Assembly: GCA_017442305.1 (NCBI GenBank)
Contig: JAFRZY010000001.1
Span: 2,632 to 66,631 of the forward strand
Direction of reading: 5' to 3'
From: Bacilli bacterium
GTDB lineage: Bacteria; Bacillota_I; Bacilli_A; RF39; UBA660
DNA length: 64,000 nucleotides
In this document: positions 1 to 8,654 of the stretch, one piece after another
Position numbering within the stretch: position 1 is the first letter of the stretch
Layout of the letters: each line of letters opens with the position of its first letter
The notes under the pieces: generated by a model
What the model saw: only the letters and a program-made list of their open reading frames with translations
The model's database searches: none
Told to the model about the DNA's origin: nothing
Made by a program: the position numbers and the translations under genes

Positions 1-832
1 TATATCTTATTTCGTTTGATATGGTTGCAATCTTACTTATATTAGGTGATGTAAATAACTCATTTAATCCGTCTAACAAAAGTAAGAAAGGTTTATCCGG
101 TACAATGTCATTTAAAACATATTTATAAATATCTTCCGGAACATCATTTACTTTATTTAAGTAACTTATAATATTTAAGCATTTTTCGCACTTTTGATAA
201 TATTGACTAGAAATAGGTATTAAATCTTCTTCAGTTAAAGAAACTAAATCAATAAGTTTAATTATTATAACAGCACTGTAAGCGTTAGAGCAGGTTGCTT
301 TTTCATATAATTTGTTGAAAAACAAACTTTTTCCTTGACCGCCAGGTCCTTCAACTAATATACGGTTATTTATATTAAAGTATGAAAAATCTGGATTTGA
401 TATGTTAAATTTTTCTTCCTCAGTATTTTTCTTAAAAAGTTTTTGAGAAAAATATTCGTTATCATCAACATTCTCATTTGTTAATTTATTAAATATATCA
501 GAATTAAATTTAAAATTCTTTTTATCAATATTAGTTTCTTTCAAAAACATGTAAAAGAATAATTCAAATTTATTTGGATCTTTATATTCAGTAGGCACTA
601 ATAATCCTTGTTGTTCAAGATAACTTAAAAAGTCTAACTTATTTTTATCTGTTATAAATAATATTCTACAAATTGTTGCTGGTTTAAGTTTTGCTTTTGT
701 TATAGGGTAACCTTTATCACACCAATTATCAATTGTACGTGGAGCCACATCAAGAATTGCAGCCATATCAAGCCTGCTTGAACATTCTCCTATATCTCGG
801 AAATAATTGTACAATATTTTAAAGTTTGTCAT
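1..832 (-). CDS. N-terminal part of an HTH + P-loop NACHT/STAND-like NTPase (gene runs off the window start)
   Basis: Hand translation of the minus strand from ATG 832..830 stays open to position 1 (277 codons). It is absent from the ORF track because it has no stop in the window. HTH-like RLDMAAILDVAPRTIDNWCDKG; Walker A GPGGQGKS (326..349); Walker B-like FLLLLDGLNE (~61..93). Confidence 0.6.
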   Translation of the reverse strand, partial: MTNFKILYNYFRDIGECSSRLDMAAILDVAPRTIDNWCDKGYPITKAKLKPATICRILFITDKNKLDFLSYLEQQGLLVPTEYKDPNKFELFFYMFLKETNIDKKNFKFNSDIFNKLTNENVDDNEYFSQKLFKKNTEEEKFNISNPDFSYFNINNRILVEGPGGQGKSLFFNKLYEKATCSNAYSAVIIIKLIDLVSLTEEDLIPISSQYYQKCEKCLNIISYLNKVNDVPEDIYKYVLNDIVPDKPFLLLLDGLNELFTSPNISKIATISNEIRY

Positions 833-873
833 TACTAAATCCCCCCCTGTTTTATTTTTTATATTATATCCAT

Positions 874-900
874 GTTGCGTGGATGTTGCATATAAGTTGC
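874..900. promoter_or_regulatory. Three phased GTTGC direct repeats (candidate operator) in a divergent promoter region
   Basis: ATGTTGCGTGG / ATGTTGCATAT / AAGTTGCGCGC. The GTTGC cores start at 874, 885 and 896, exactly 11 bp apart, in a locally GC-rich patch between the HTH-NTPase gene and the ABC transporter gene. Confidence 0.35.
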
Positions 901-1000
901 GCGCTTTTTAATTTTTATTACGATAAAATGTAATTACCGAAAGGGCTAAAAACATTATAACATAATGTAAAAAGCAAGTAAAACAAATGGAGGTGTTAAA

Positions 1001-2686
1001 ATGAAAATATTCAAATATCTGTCAGTACGACTTCGTACCTGCTGTGTTGCTGTTATCTTAGTTGCTATTTTCAGTGCTTGTATTGCATCGATTTGGCCTG
1101 TACTTTTAAGTAGAATCTATGATGATATATCAAGTAGTGCGATTCATAATGTGGATTCAGGCTTAATGGCTTGTATAATGTTTGGAATTGTTTTTGTAAT
1201 ATCAGAAGTTTTGGCTATATTTAGAAGAGTATGGGTTGATATTATTGCAGTATCTTTTGAAAAAGATTTACGAAATAGAAGCATTAATAAGCTTTTGCGT
1301 CTTCCGACTAAATTTTTTAATGCCAATACAAGTGGTGAATATACTGCGAAGATCAATCAATCGGTTGCAGGTGCCAGTCAGCTTGTAAAAGTAATATGCA
1401 ATAGAATTGTTCCGGCAATTTTTATTAGTATCTTTACAATAACGCAAGCAATTAGACAAGCGCCAATGCTTATCGGATTAATATTTCTATCTTTCATTGT
1501 TCTTGAGTTATTTGTTTCGATTTTACAAATAAAATCTCAAAATGGAATTAGAGAATCTTTAATATCGAGTAAAGCTTGTTTAGATGGAGAGATATGTCAG
1601 ACTATTCAAGGAATTGAAAACATAAGAGTAACAAATTCTGAAGATTGGGAATCAAAAAATAAAGCCGTTTTTACTGAAAAGATAAGATCTGTGGAAAGTA
1701 AACATCATATGTATATGGGAACTTTTGATTCAATTAAAAAGATCATTAAAGTTAGTTACACAGTATTATTGTTATTATTTGCGATTTATCTTGTATCAAA
1801 AGGCTCTATAAGTAAAGGTGTTGTTATTACTATAGTAATGTTATTCCAACAATTAAGTTCTTCAATTGATGAGGTTCATGTATTTATGGATGAATTTGCA
1901 AGTTCATCAATTAAAGTTAAGGAAATTATTTCTCTTTTCTCTAGTGTAGAAGATGATGTTTTCTCTTACAAAAGTGATGTTGAAAAATTTCCCGTTGGTG
2001 ATATTTATGTTGAGAACTTAACGGTATTTACGCCTGATAAAGAAAAGAGAATCTGTAGTAATGTTAATTTTACTTTAAAAGAAGGCGGAGTTACTGCTTT
2101 ATGTGGACCTACAGGATCAGGGAAGTCTTCGGTTATTAAAGGACTTATGCGCTTTTATCCAACAGAAGGTAGCGTAGTAGCGGGAAGTAATTCTATAAAA
2201 ACAGTTTCTCAAAAGCTATTATGTACCGGTATTTATGATATGGTGCAACAACCGGTATTTATAGTTGGAACGTTAAAGGATAACCTTGTTTATGGTCTTA
2301 ATGAAATGCCTTCTAATGAACAATTATTATTAGCGTTAAAAAGTGCATTAATCTTTGATGAACTACAAGAAAAAAATCAGGATGTTTTAGCTATTTCGGT
2401 TTCAGAAAATGCAAATAATTTTTCTGGAGGGCAACGACAAAGAATTGCTTTAGCAAGAGCTTTCTTAAGGCAACCTAAATGGTTCTTTGTTGATGAAGTT
2501 ACCGCAAATATAGATGATTATACAACAGAGAAAGCTTTTGATAATCTTATAAAACACGCTAAATCTGTCAATGCGGGAATTTTGTGTATATCACATCAAC
2601 AAAAAGTAGTAAATAAATGTGAATACATTATAGATCTAACGACAAATGAAAAATTAAAAAATAGAGAGGAGAATTATGTATGTTAA
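1001..2686 (+). CDS. ABC exporter, fused permease + ATPase
   Basis: 561 aa. N-terminal multi-TM domain. NBD with Walker A GPTGSGKSS, signature FSGGQRQRIALARA, Walker B FFVDEVTANID, H-loop CISHQ. SD ggaggtg upstream. Confidence 0.85.
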   Translation: MKIFKYLSVRLRTCCVAVILVAIFSACIASIWPVLLSRIYDDISSSAIHNVDSGLMACIMFGIVFVISEVLAIFRRVWVDIIAVSFEKDLRNRSINKLLRLPTKFFNANTSGEYTAKINQSVAGASQLVKVICNRIVPAIFISIFTITQAIRQAPMLIGLIFLSFIVLELFVSILQIKSQNGIRESLISSKACLDGEICQTIQGIENIRVTNSEDWESKNKAVFTEKIRSVESKHHMYMGTFDSIKKIIKVSYTVLLLLFAIYLVSKGSISKGVVITIVMLFQQLSSSIDEVHVFMDEFASSSIKVKEIISLFSSVEDDVFSYKSDVEKFPVGDIYVENLTVFTPDKEKRICSNVNFTLKEGGVTALCGPTGSGKSSVIKGLMRFYPTEGSVVAGSNSIKTVSQKLLCTGIYDMVQQPVFIVGTLKDNLVYGLNEMPSNEQLLLALKSALIFDELQEKNQDVLAISVSENANNFSGGQRQRIALARAFLRQPKWFFVDEVTANIDDYTTEKAFDNLIKHAKSVNAGILCISHQQKVVNKCEYIIDLTTNEKLKNREENYVC

Positions 2687-3117
2687 AATCTAACGAAAAA
2701 ACAATTGCTACACAACATCATCCGTTACCACCGCATCATCACGATCCGCTTGGAAGACATCATGTTATATCAGTAATGTATGATAGTAAAAAAATGGAAG
2801 AAGTGTATGGAGAATTATGGGAGTACCATATCGAGAAAGTTGGTCTTGAACCACCTGAAATGAAAATGTTATTTGCGTTGCAAATGGGATTTAAAGTTTA
2901 TGCTGATTCTCGCATCGCTGATATTCTTCTTGCGCAACGTGAAGAAGAAAGAAGTAGGGGTACATCTCACAAATTTATAAATGTAGCTTTAGATGAAGAA
3001 GTATTAGCCTTGCTTTCTGATAAATTAGGAATTGCTAAAGATTTGGTATCAGTTATACTTGAACATGCTCCAGAAGGTGTTGTTTCAGTTGTAATTGGTG
3101 CTGCAAAAAAGAATTAA
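2680..3117 (+). CDS. Hypothetical protein with His/Pro-rich N-terminus
   Basis: 145 aa. Overlaps the ABC gene stop by 7 nt. N-terminus HHPLPPHHHDPLGRHH. No family recognised. Confidence 0.5.
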   Translation: MLKSNEKTIATQHHPLPPHHHDPLGRHHVISVMYDSKKMEEVYGELWEYHIEKVGLEPPEMKMLFALQMGFKVYADSRIADILLAQREEERSRGTSHKFINVALDEEVLALLSDKLGIAKDLVSVILEHAPEGVVSVVIGAAKKN

Positions 3118-3170
3118 ATAAATATAAAAAAAATAAAAAAGAAGGGTCGCTCTTCTTAGGAGGTGTAAAA

Positions 3171-3746
3171 ATGACTAATATTGAAAATAATGTTACTGAA
3201 ACGGGAATAATGGAAACGTTGTGTGTTCTTAATAATCATAAACAAGATTACGAAATAATAGCTAATGCTTCACTATATTTACCGATTCCAGAAGATGATA
3301 TTCATGCTAAACTTGATGAAATTGTGGATAATCTTTGCAGGTTAAAGAAAGAAAAATTTCTTTTTCTTACTCCTGAAATTGCTATTATAGAAAAACTTTG
3401 TGATAAAAAGGACGTCAAAGAAATACTAGTATGTCTTCCTTCAGGTTATAACGAAGAAACTTATGAACGTATTTTTAATAATAAACCAACTGGGATTAAA
3501 GTTACATTTATTAATGAAAATGAAGTTCCACTTAATTTTACTGGAAATAATGCCGCTATTGTAGGATTTGGTTTTTGTGATAATGAAAGAGCAATTATAT
3601 TAAATTATAATTATCGAATGATGGAGCGCTATAAATCATTCTATGGTTATAGAATTTTAGTATCATGTGGTAAGGATATGAGTAACACACGGCCTATAGG
3701 TTGGACACCTATAAATATTTATACATTTTTCAACGAAAAAATATAA
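3171..3746 (+). CDS. Hypothetical cytoplasmic protein
   Basis: 191 aa. SD aggaggtg. Same operon as the ABC exporter and the permease. No confident family. Confidence 0.5.
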   Translation: MTNIENNVTETGIMETLCVLNNHKQDYEIIANASLYLPIPEDDIHAKLDEIVDNLCRLKKEKFLFLTPEIAIIEKLCDKKDVKEILVCLPSGYNEETYERIFNNKPTGIKVTFINENEVPLNFTGNNAAIVGFGFCDNERAIILNYNYRMMERYKSFYGYRILVSCGKDMSNTRPIGWTPINIYTFFNEKI

Positions 3747-3758
3747 AGGAGGGATAAT

Positions 3759-5033
3759 ATGTATATAAAACAAAATATAAAAAATTCAGTTCCATCTATG
3801 CTTTTAATTGCAATAGTTTTCGTGTTATCCACCATTGCTTCATTAGTTATGGGGATTCCGGTTTCCGAGATAACTCAAAAATTTAATTATTCGGTAATCG
3901 TAATACTAATTATTATGGAATTGTTTACAAATTTAATTGTGGAAACTGGAATTATGCAGTTTTTAGCCACGAAACTTGCCTTGGTATCTAAGGGTGGAAA
4001 AAAATTATGTATATTTTTATTTGGAATTTTAATGTTTTTTATTAGCGCTTTTTTAAATAATATAACGGCAGTGATGATGGTATTGCCTGTAATATTTGTT
4101 CTTTTAAAAGCCTTAAATGCTGATAAAAAATATATTGCAATATTCTTTGCAGTAATTCTAGCTTTATCAAATACAGGAGGAGCAGCTAGTCCTATTGGAG
4201 ATTTTCCTGCTATTGTGATTATGACAAGCGGAATAACTACCTTTACTGGATATTTGTTTCGAGCTTTTCCTTTATTTCTAATTACTTCAATTGTTTTATT
4301 AATTTTATGGTCATTTTTTATTAAAGATAAAAATGACTCAAAAACAAATCAAAAATTAGCTGTAGAATTACTCCAAAGTAGATATAGAAATAATAAAGTA
4401 AGACTTGATATTTTAATTCCTCTAGGAATAATTATGCTTGCGATGTTTATTGCGTGGAGTGTGGTTCCTCAAAATATAATTCCTCCAGAAATGATAGCAT
4501 TGTTAGGTTATGTTATAGGACTTGTTTTTGTGTCAGCGAAGAATGTTAGAATTAAACAAACTATTGATATGAAGTCTGTATTAATGATTTCTTCATTCTT
4601 ATTTTTAGCAACAGTAGTTAGTTCATCTGGATTATTAACATATGTAGCTAAATTTTTAGAAAAGAATATACCGAATTCTAAAATTTTATTGATAGTAATT
4701 ATGTTAATTACATCTTTAGTATCAGGATTAGTTTCAGCTGGACCGGCAGCAGCTGCAATGCTTCCTGTTATAGTAAATCTTTGCAATACAACATTAGCAG
4801 CAGAATCAGGTTGGGTTGCAATAGCTTATGCCGCAAGCATTTGTGCTGGATCTAGTTTGTTTTTGTGGAGTGCTACTGCAGGATTTATTCTTTCGAGTAA
4901 AATTGATGATGCAAATCTTGGGACGGAAAAAGAAAAGATTACTTGGGGTATAAAGGATTATTTTAAATACGGAATTGTTAATTACTTTGTTCAAATGGCA
5001 ATAGCAATTTTATGGATAATATTAATTGTATAG
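3759..5033 (+). CDS. ArsB/NhaD-type (ion transporter superfamily) permease
   Basis: 424 aa polytopic protein. Motifs FLNNITAVMMVLPV and SNTGGAASPIGDFPAIV resemble the IT-superfamily GG..PIGD hairpin motifs. Confidence 0.65.
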   Translation: MYIKQNIKNSVPSMLLIAIVFVLSTIASLVMGIPVSEITQKFNYSVIVILIIMELFTNLIVETGIMQFLATKLALVSKGGKKLCIFLFGILMFFISAFLNNITAVMMVLPVIFVLLKALNADKKYIAIFFAVILALSNTGGAASPIGDFPAIVIMTSGITTFTGYLFRAFPLFLITSIVLLILWSFFIKDKNDSKTNQKLAVELLQSRYRNNKVRLDILIPLGIIMLAMFIAWSVVPQNIIPPEMIALLGYVIGLVFVSAKNVRIKQTIDMKSVLMISSFLFLATVVSSSGLLTYVAKFLEKNIPNSKILLIVIMLITSLVSGLVSAGPAAAAMLPVIVNLCNTTLAAESGWVAIAYAASICAGSSLFLWSATAGFILSSKIDDANLGTEKEKITWGIKDYFKYGIVNYFVQMAIAILWIILIV

Positions 5034-5061
5034 AAATGTTTTAAAAACATTTCTTTTTTTA
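5033..5061 (+). terminator. Rho-independent terminator
   Basis: GAAATGTTT / AAACATTTC stem followed by a T7 run directly after the permease stop. Confidence 0.65.
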
Positions 5062-5152
5062 TTACCCTAAATCAGGAAAATAATCTTTTATTAGTACTAA
5101 TAAATATGTTATAATTATAAAAGATTAATTAAAGGGAATTGAGGAATAAAAA

Positions 5153-5575
5153 ATGCTTGAATTATATAAAAAATATAAAGAAATTATTAATTATTTAATA
5201 TTTGGTTTTTTAACAACTGTAGTCAGTTTAGTAGCTTATTATTTGGTTACAATAACAATTCTTGATCCTAATGTTAGTTTAGAATTACAAATAGCTAATG
5301 TAATTTCTTGGATAGTAGGAGTTTTATTTGCATATTTTACCAATAGAGCTTTTGTATTTAATAGTAAAAATGAAAACAAGTTAAAAGAATTTATCACATT
5401 TACTGGAGCTAGAGTATCAACTCTTTTACTTGATATGGCTGTTATGTTTATATTTGTAACTCTTTTAAAAGGCAACGATAAAGTATTTAAAATAGTTAGT
5501 CAAATTTTAGTTATAGTAGGTAATTACTTATTAAGTAAATTAATTGTATTTAAGAAGGATAAAAATGAAAAATAA
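5153..5575 (+). CDS. GtrA-family membrane protein
   Basis: 140 aa, 4 TM. NVISWIVGVLFAYFTNRAFVF is typical of the GtrA family. First gene of the gtrA / GT-C / GT2 trio. Confidence 0.8.
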   Translation: MLELYKKYKEIINYLIFGFLTTVVSLVAYYLVTITILDPNVSLELQIANVISWIVGVLFAYFTNRAFVFNSKNENKLKEFITFTGARVSTLLLDMAVMFIFVTLLKGNDKVFKIVSQILVIVGNYLLSKLIVFKKDKNEK

Positions 5576-7631
5576 GTTATTTAGTTTTATTAATAAGTTC
5601 TTAATAATATTTACAATTATCTGTTTTTCTATTTCATTAATAGGAGCAGTATTTTTCTATGTTAATAGAAGCCATGATTATTTAAATCCCTTAGTTTTAA
5701 TAGTAGGTTCTATAGTTTATTTATTTTTACTAATTAAGTTATATAAAATTATTATTAGATTAGATGAAAAGAAAAAGAAAATTATAGTATTTGTTTTACT
5801 TATATTACAGTTTTTATTACTTTTATTAAGTACATTTGTTATAAGTAGTATTCCTCAAGTAGATTTAATTCATATTTTAACTGAGATTAATAGTTTAAAT
5901 CATACAGGAACAATTTTAAATAATACGTATTTTTCTGTTTATCCAAATAATAGATTTTTATTAATTTTGTTATATGGATTGCAAAAAATTAGTCCTGAGA
6001 ATAGCTATGTGATTTTCTATTTATTAAGTAGTGTAAGTATTACAGTGATGTCTTATTTTACTTATAAAACTGTTAATAAGTTGTATGATATCAACAAAGG
6101 ATTATTGAGTTTATTTATTTGCGTGTTATCTCCAATCTTTTATTTATATGTTTCTTATTATTATACAGATGTTTTAATGCTTCCGATAGCGAGTATTATT
6201 ATTTATTTGATTGTTAAAAATAAAGATGAAGAAAATCTTAAAAGTAACATCATTTACGGTTTAGTAATTGGAGTTTTATCAATAATAGGATATAAGATTA
6301 GAGCGGTTGCAATTTTCTTGCTAGTAGCGTATTTTGTTTATTTAGTATTTACTAAAAACATATTATTTATAATAAAAAAATTCTTACCAATTGTAGTAGG
6401 AGCGTTTATAACATTATTTTGTATTGGTCAAATAGAAAATAATTTCTTTCCTAATGTTGATGCTAATAAAGAATTTCCAATGACGCACTGGATTATGATG
6501 GGAGCCAATAAAAATAATTATGGTTATTATAGTCAAGATGATTATAATCTAAGTAGTAGTGCTTTAACTAAAGAAGAAAGATCTGAACTAAATATTAAAG
6601 AAATAAAAAACAGAATAATTGGAATGACACCTTATGAAATGACTAGACAATTGGTTGTAAAATTAGTTTCAGTATGGGGTAAAGGAGATTATAGTTATCA
6701 GAAATATTTAGAGTTAGTAAATGAATTTAATCCGTCTTACCGCTATTTACTTGAAGATAAAAATATTGTTATTAATTATTTATTACAATTTTCTAAAATA
6801 GTAGTTATGTTTATGGCTATATTATCTTTAATTAATATTTATAAAAGTAATAAAGTATCAATAATGGCTATTGCCTTATTTGGAGCAGTTTTCTTTTATA
6901 TAATTTGGGAAGTTTGTCCAAGGTATGGATTATCTTTCTTGCCATGGTTAATTATAATTGGAACGAATTCTTATGACGCTTTAAAAGAAAAATGTGATAA
7001 GATTAGTCTTAATAAATATTTTAAATATACTATTTTAGGCGTAACTATATTGTTATTTATTTTGGGATTTAATTATTATACATCTATAAGTTTAAAAGAA
7101 AATATGGTAGCAAAAGATGATGTTAGTAAAATAAAATATGTTGCTCTTAATAAAGATAATTATATTACTCAATCTTTAGATTTATATGATGATTTTAATA
7201 AAATAAGATTAAAATTCAAATATACAGAACAAAGCTTAGATGATACTTATTATTTAGAACTTTTAGATGAAAAGAATAATATTGTTTATAAACATGAGTT
7301 TACTAACAAAGATTTAGTAAATGAAAAATATACTAATTTTATTTTAGACAAAACTTATGGAAAAGGAAAATACACAATTAAATTAAGTTCTAATTCCGAA
7401 AAAAATCTAGATGTTTATATTGCTTATAAAGAGGAATTTGATTATTATCCTGAAGGTGTGTTAAAATTAAATGGAGATATTGAAACAGGAGATTTAATAT
7501 TTGAAATTGTTAATCAAGAAAAAAGACCTATATATTCATATCTCGAATATTTTGGAATTATAGCTTTAACTTTAGGAGTTGAGTATATAGTTTTGTTTAG
7601 AAAGAAGGAAGATGTAAATGAAAAAAAGTAG
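5565..7631 (+). CDS. Polytopic GT-C-type (ArnT/PMT/YfhO-like) membrane glycosyltransferase
   Basis: Track ORF 5544 trimmed to ATG 5565 (aaggat SD). More than 10 hydrophobic segments, then a soluble C-terminal domain. Genomic context lies between gtrA-like and GT2 genes. Confidence 0.6.
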   Translation: MKNKLFSFINKFLIIFTIICFSISLIGAVFFYVNRSHDYLNPLVLIVGSIVYLFLLIKLYKIIIRLDEKKKKIIVFVLLILQFLLLLLSTFVISSIPQVDLIHILTEINSLNHTGTILNNTYFSVYPNNRFLLILLYGLQKISPENSYVIFYLLSSVSITVMSYFTYKTVNKLYDINKGLLSLFICVLSPIFYLYVSYYYTDVLMLPIASIIIYLIVKNKDEENLKSNIIYGLVIGVLSIIGYKIRAVAIFLLVAYFVYLVFTKNILFIIKKFLPIVVGAFITLFCIGQIENNFFPNVDANKEFPMTHWIMMGANKNNYGYYSQDDYNLSSSALTKEERSELNIKEIKNRIIGMTPYEMTRQLVVKLVSVWGKGDYSYQKYLELVNEFNPSYRYLLEDKNIVINYLLQFSKIVVMFMAILSLINIYKSNKVSIMAIALFGAVFFYIIWEVCPRYGLSFLPWLIIIGTNSYDALKEKCDKISLNKYFKYTILGVTILLFILGFNYYTSISLKENMVAKDDVSKIKYVALNKDNYITQSLDLYDDFNKIRLKFKYTEQSLDDTYYLELLDEKNNIVYKHEFTNKDLVNEKYTNFILDKTYGKGKYTIKLSSNSEKNLDVYIAYKEEFDYYPEGVLKLNGDIETGDLIFEIVNQEKRPIYSYLEYFGIIALTLGVEYIVLFRKKEDVNEKK

Positions 7632-8571
7632 TTTAGTATTAAATTTGGTAATACCTTGTTACAATGAAGAAGAAGCATTACCGCTTACTAAAAAAGAATT
7701 AGATAAAAAAATGGCCAGTTTAATGGAAGAAGGTCTAATTAGTAAGGATAGTAAAGTAGTATTAGTTAATGATGGATCTAAGGATAAAACTTGGGATGTT
7801 ATTACAAAACTACATGAAGAAAATAATATGTATGTTGGTGTTAATTTATCAAGAAATAGAGGACATCAAAATGCTTTACTTGCAGGACTTATGTATGCGA
7901 AAGATCACGCTGATATAAGTATAAGTATGGATGCGGACTTACAAGATGATATCAATGTTATGGATGATATGATAAAAAAATATAATGAAGGTGCAGATGT
8001 TGTTTACGGAGTACGTAGTTCACGTGAAAAAGATACATTCTTTAAAAAGTTTACTGCCGAAGCATTTTATAAATTAATGCATGTTATGGGAGTTGAAGTT
8101 GTATTTAATCATGCAGACTGCCGTTTGATGAGTAAAAGAGCTTTAGAGGGATTAAGTCAATATAAAGAAGTAAATTTATTCTTAAGAGGCATTGTTCCAC
8201 AAGTGGGATATAAAACGGATATTGCTTATTATGAAAGAAACGAAAGAGTTGCAGGAGATTCTAAATATCCACTTAAAAAAATGTTAGCGTTTGCGATAGA
8301 TGGAATTACTTCATTTAGTATTAAACCACTTCGTATGATTACATCGATAGGATTTATAATTTTATTACTAAGTTTTGCGGTATTAATTTATTCATTAATC
8401 ATGAAAATTATTGGTAATACTGTTTCTGGATGGACATTTATAGTTTGCTCAATTTGGTTAATTGGGGGCATTCAAACTTTATGTTTAGGAGTAATTGGGG
8501 AGTATATAGGAAAAATTTATAACGAAACTAAAGAAAGACCTAGATATATAGTTGAATCAATATTAGATTAA
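7618..8571 (+). CDS. GT2 polyprenyl-phosphate glycosyltransferase (GtrB/CsbB-like)
   Basis: 317 aa. LVIPCYNEEEAL, VLVNDGSKDKT, DxD MDADLQDD and two C-terminal TM helices. Confidence 0.85.
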   Translation: MKKSSLVLNLVIPCYNEEEALPLTKKELDKKMASLMEEGLISKDSKVVLVNDGSKDKTWDVITKLHEENNMYVGVNLSRNRGHQNALLAGLMYAKDHADISISMDADLQDDINVMDDMIKKYNEGADVVYGVRSSREKDTFFKKFTAEAFYKLMHVMGVEVVFNHADCRLMSKRALEGLSQYKEVNLFLRGIVPQVGYKTDIAYYERNERVAGDSKYPLKKMLAFAIDGITSFSIKPLRMITSIGFIILLLSFAVLIYSLIMKIIGNTVSGWTFIVCSIWLIGGIQTLCLGVIGEYIGKIYNETKERPRYIVESILD

Positions 8572-8598
8572 AGATGTTAGTTATTAACATCTTTTTAT
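8572..8598 (+). terminator. Rho-independent terminator
   Basis: Perfect 8-bp stem AGATGTTA / TAACATCT followed by TTTTTATTT. Confidence 0.65.
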
Positions 8599-8654
8599 TT
8601 GTTATAAAAGTAAAAATATGATATAATAGCCAACCAAGAAACGGGTGGAGTATT

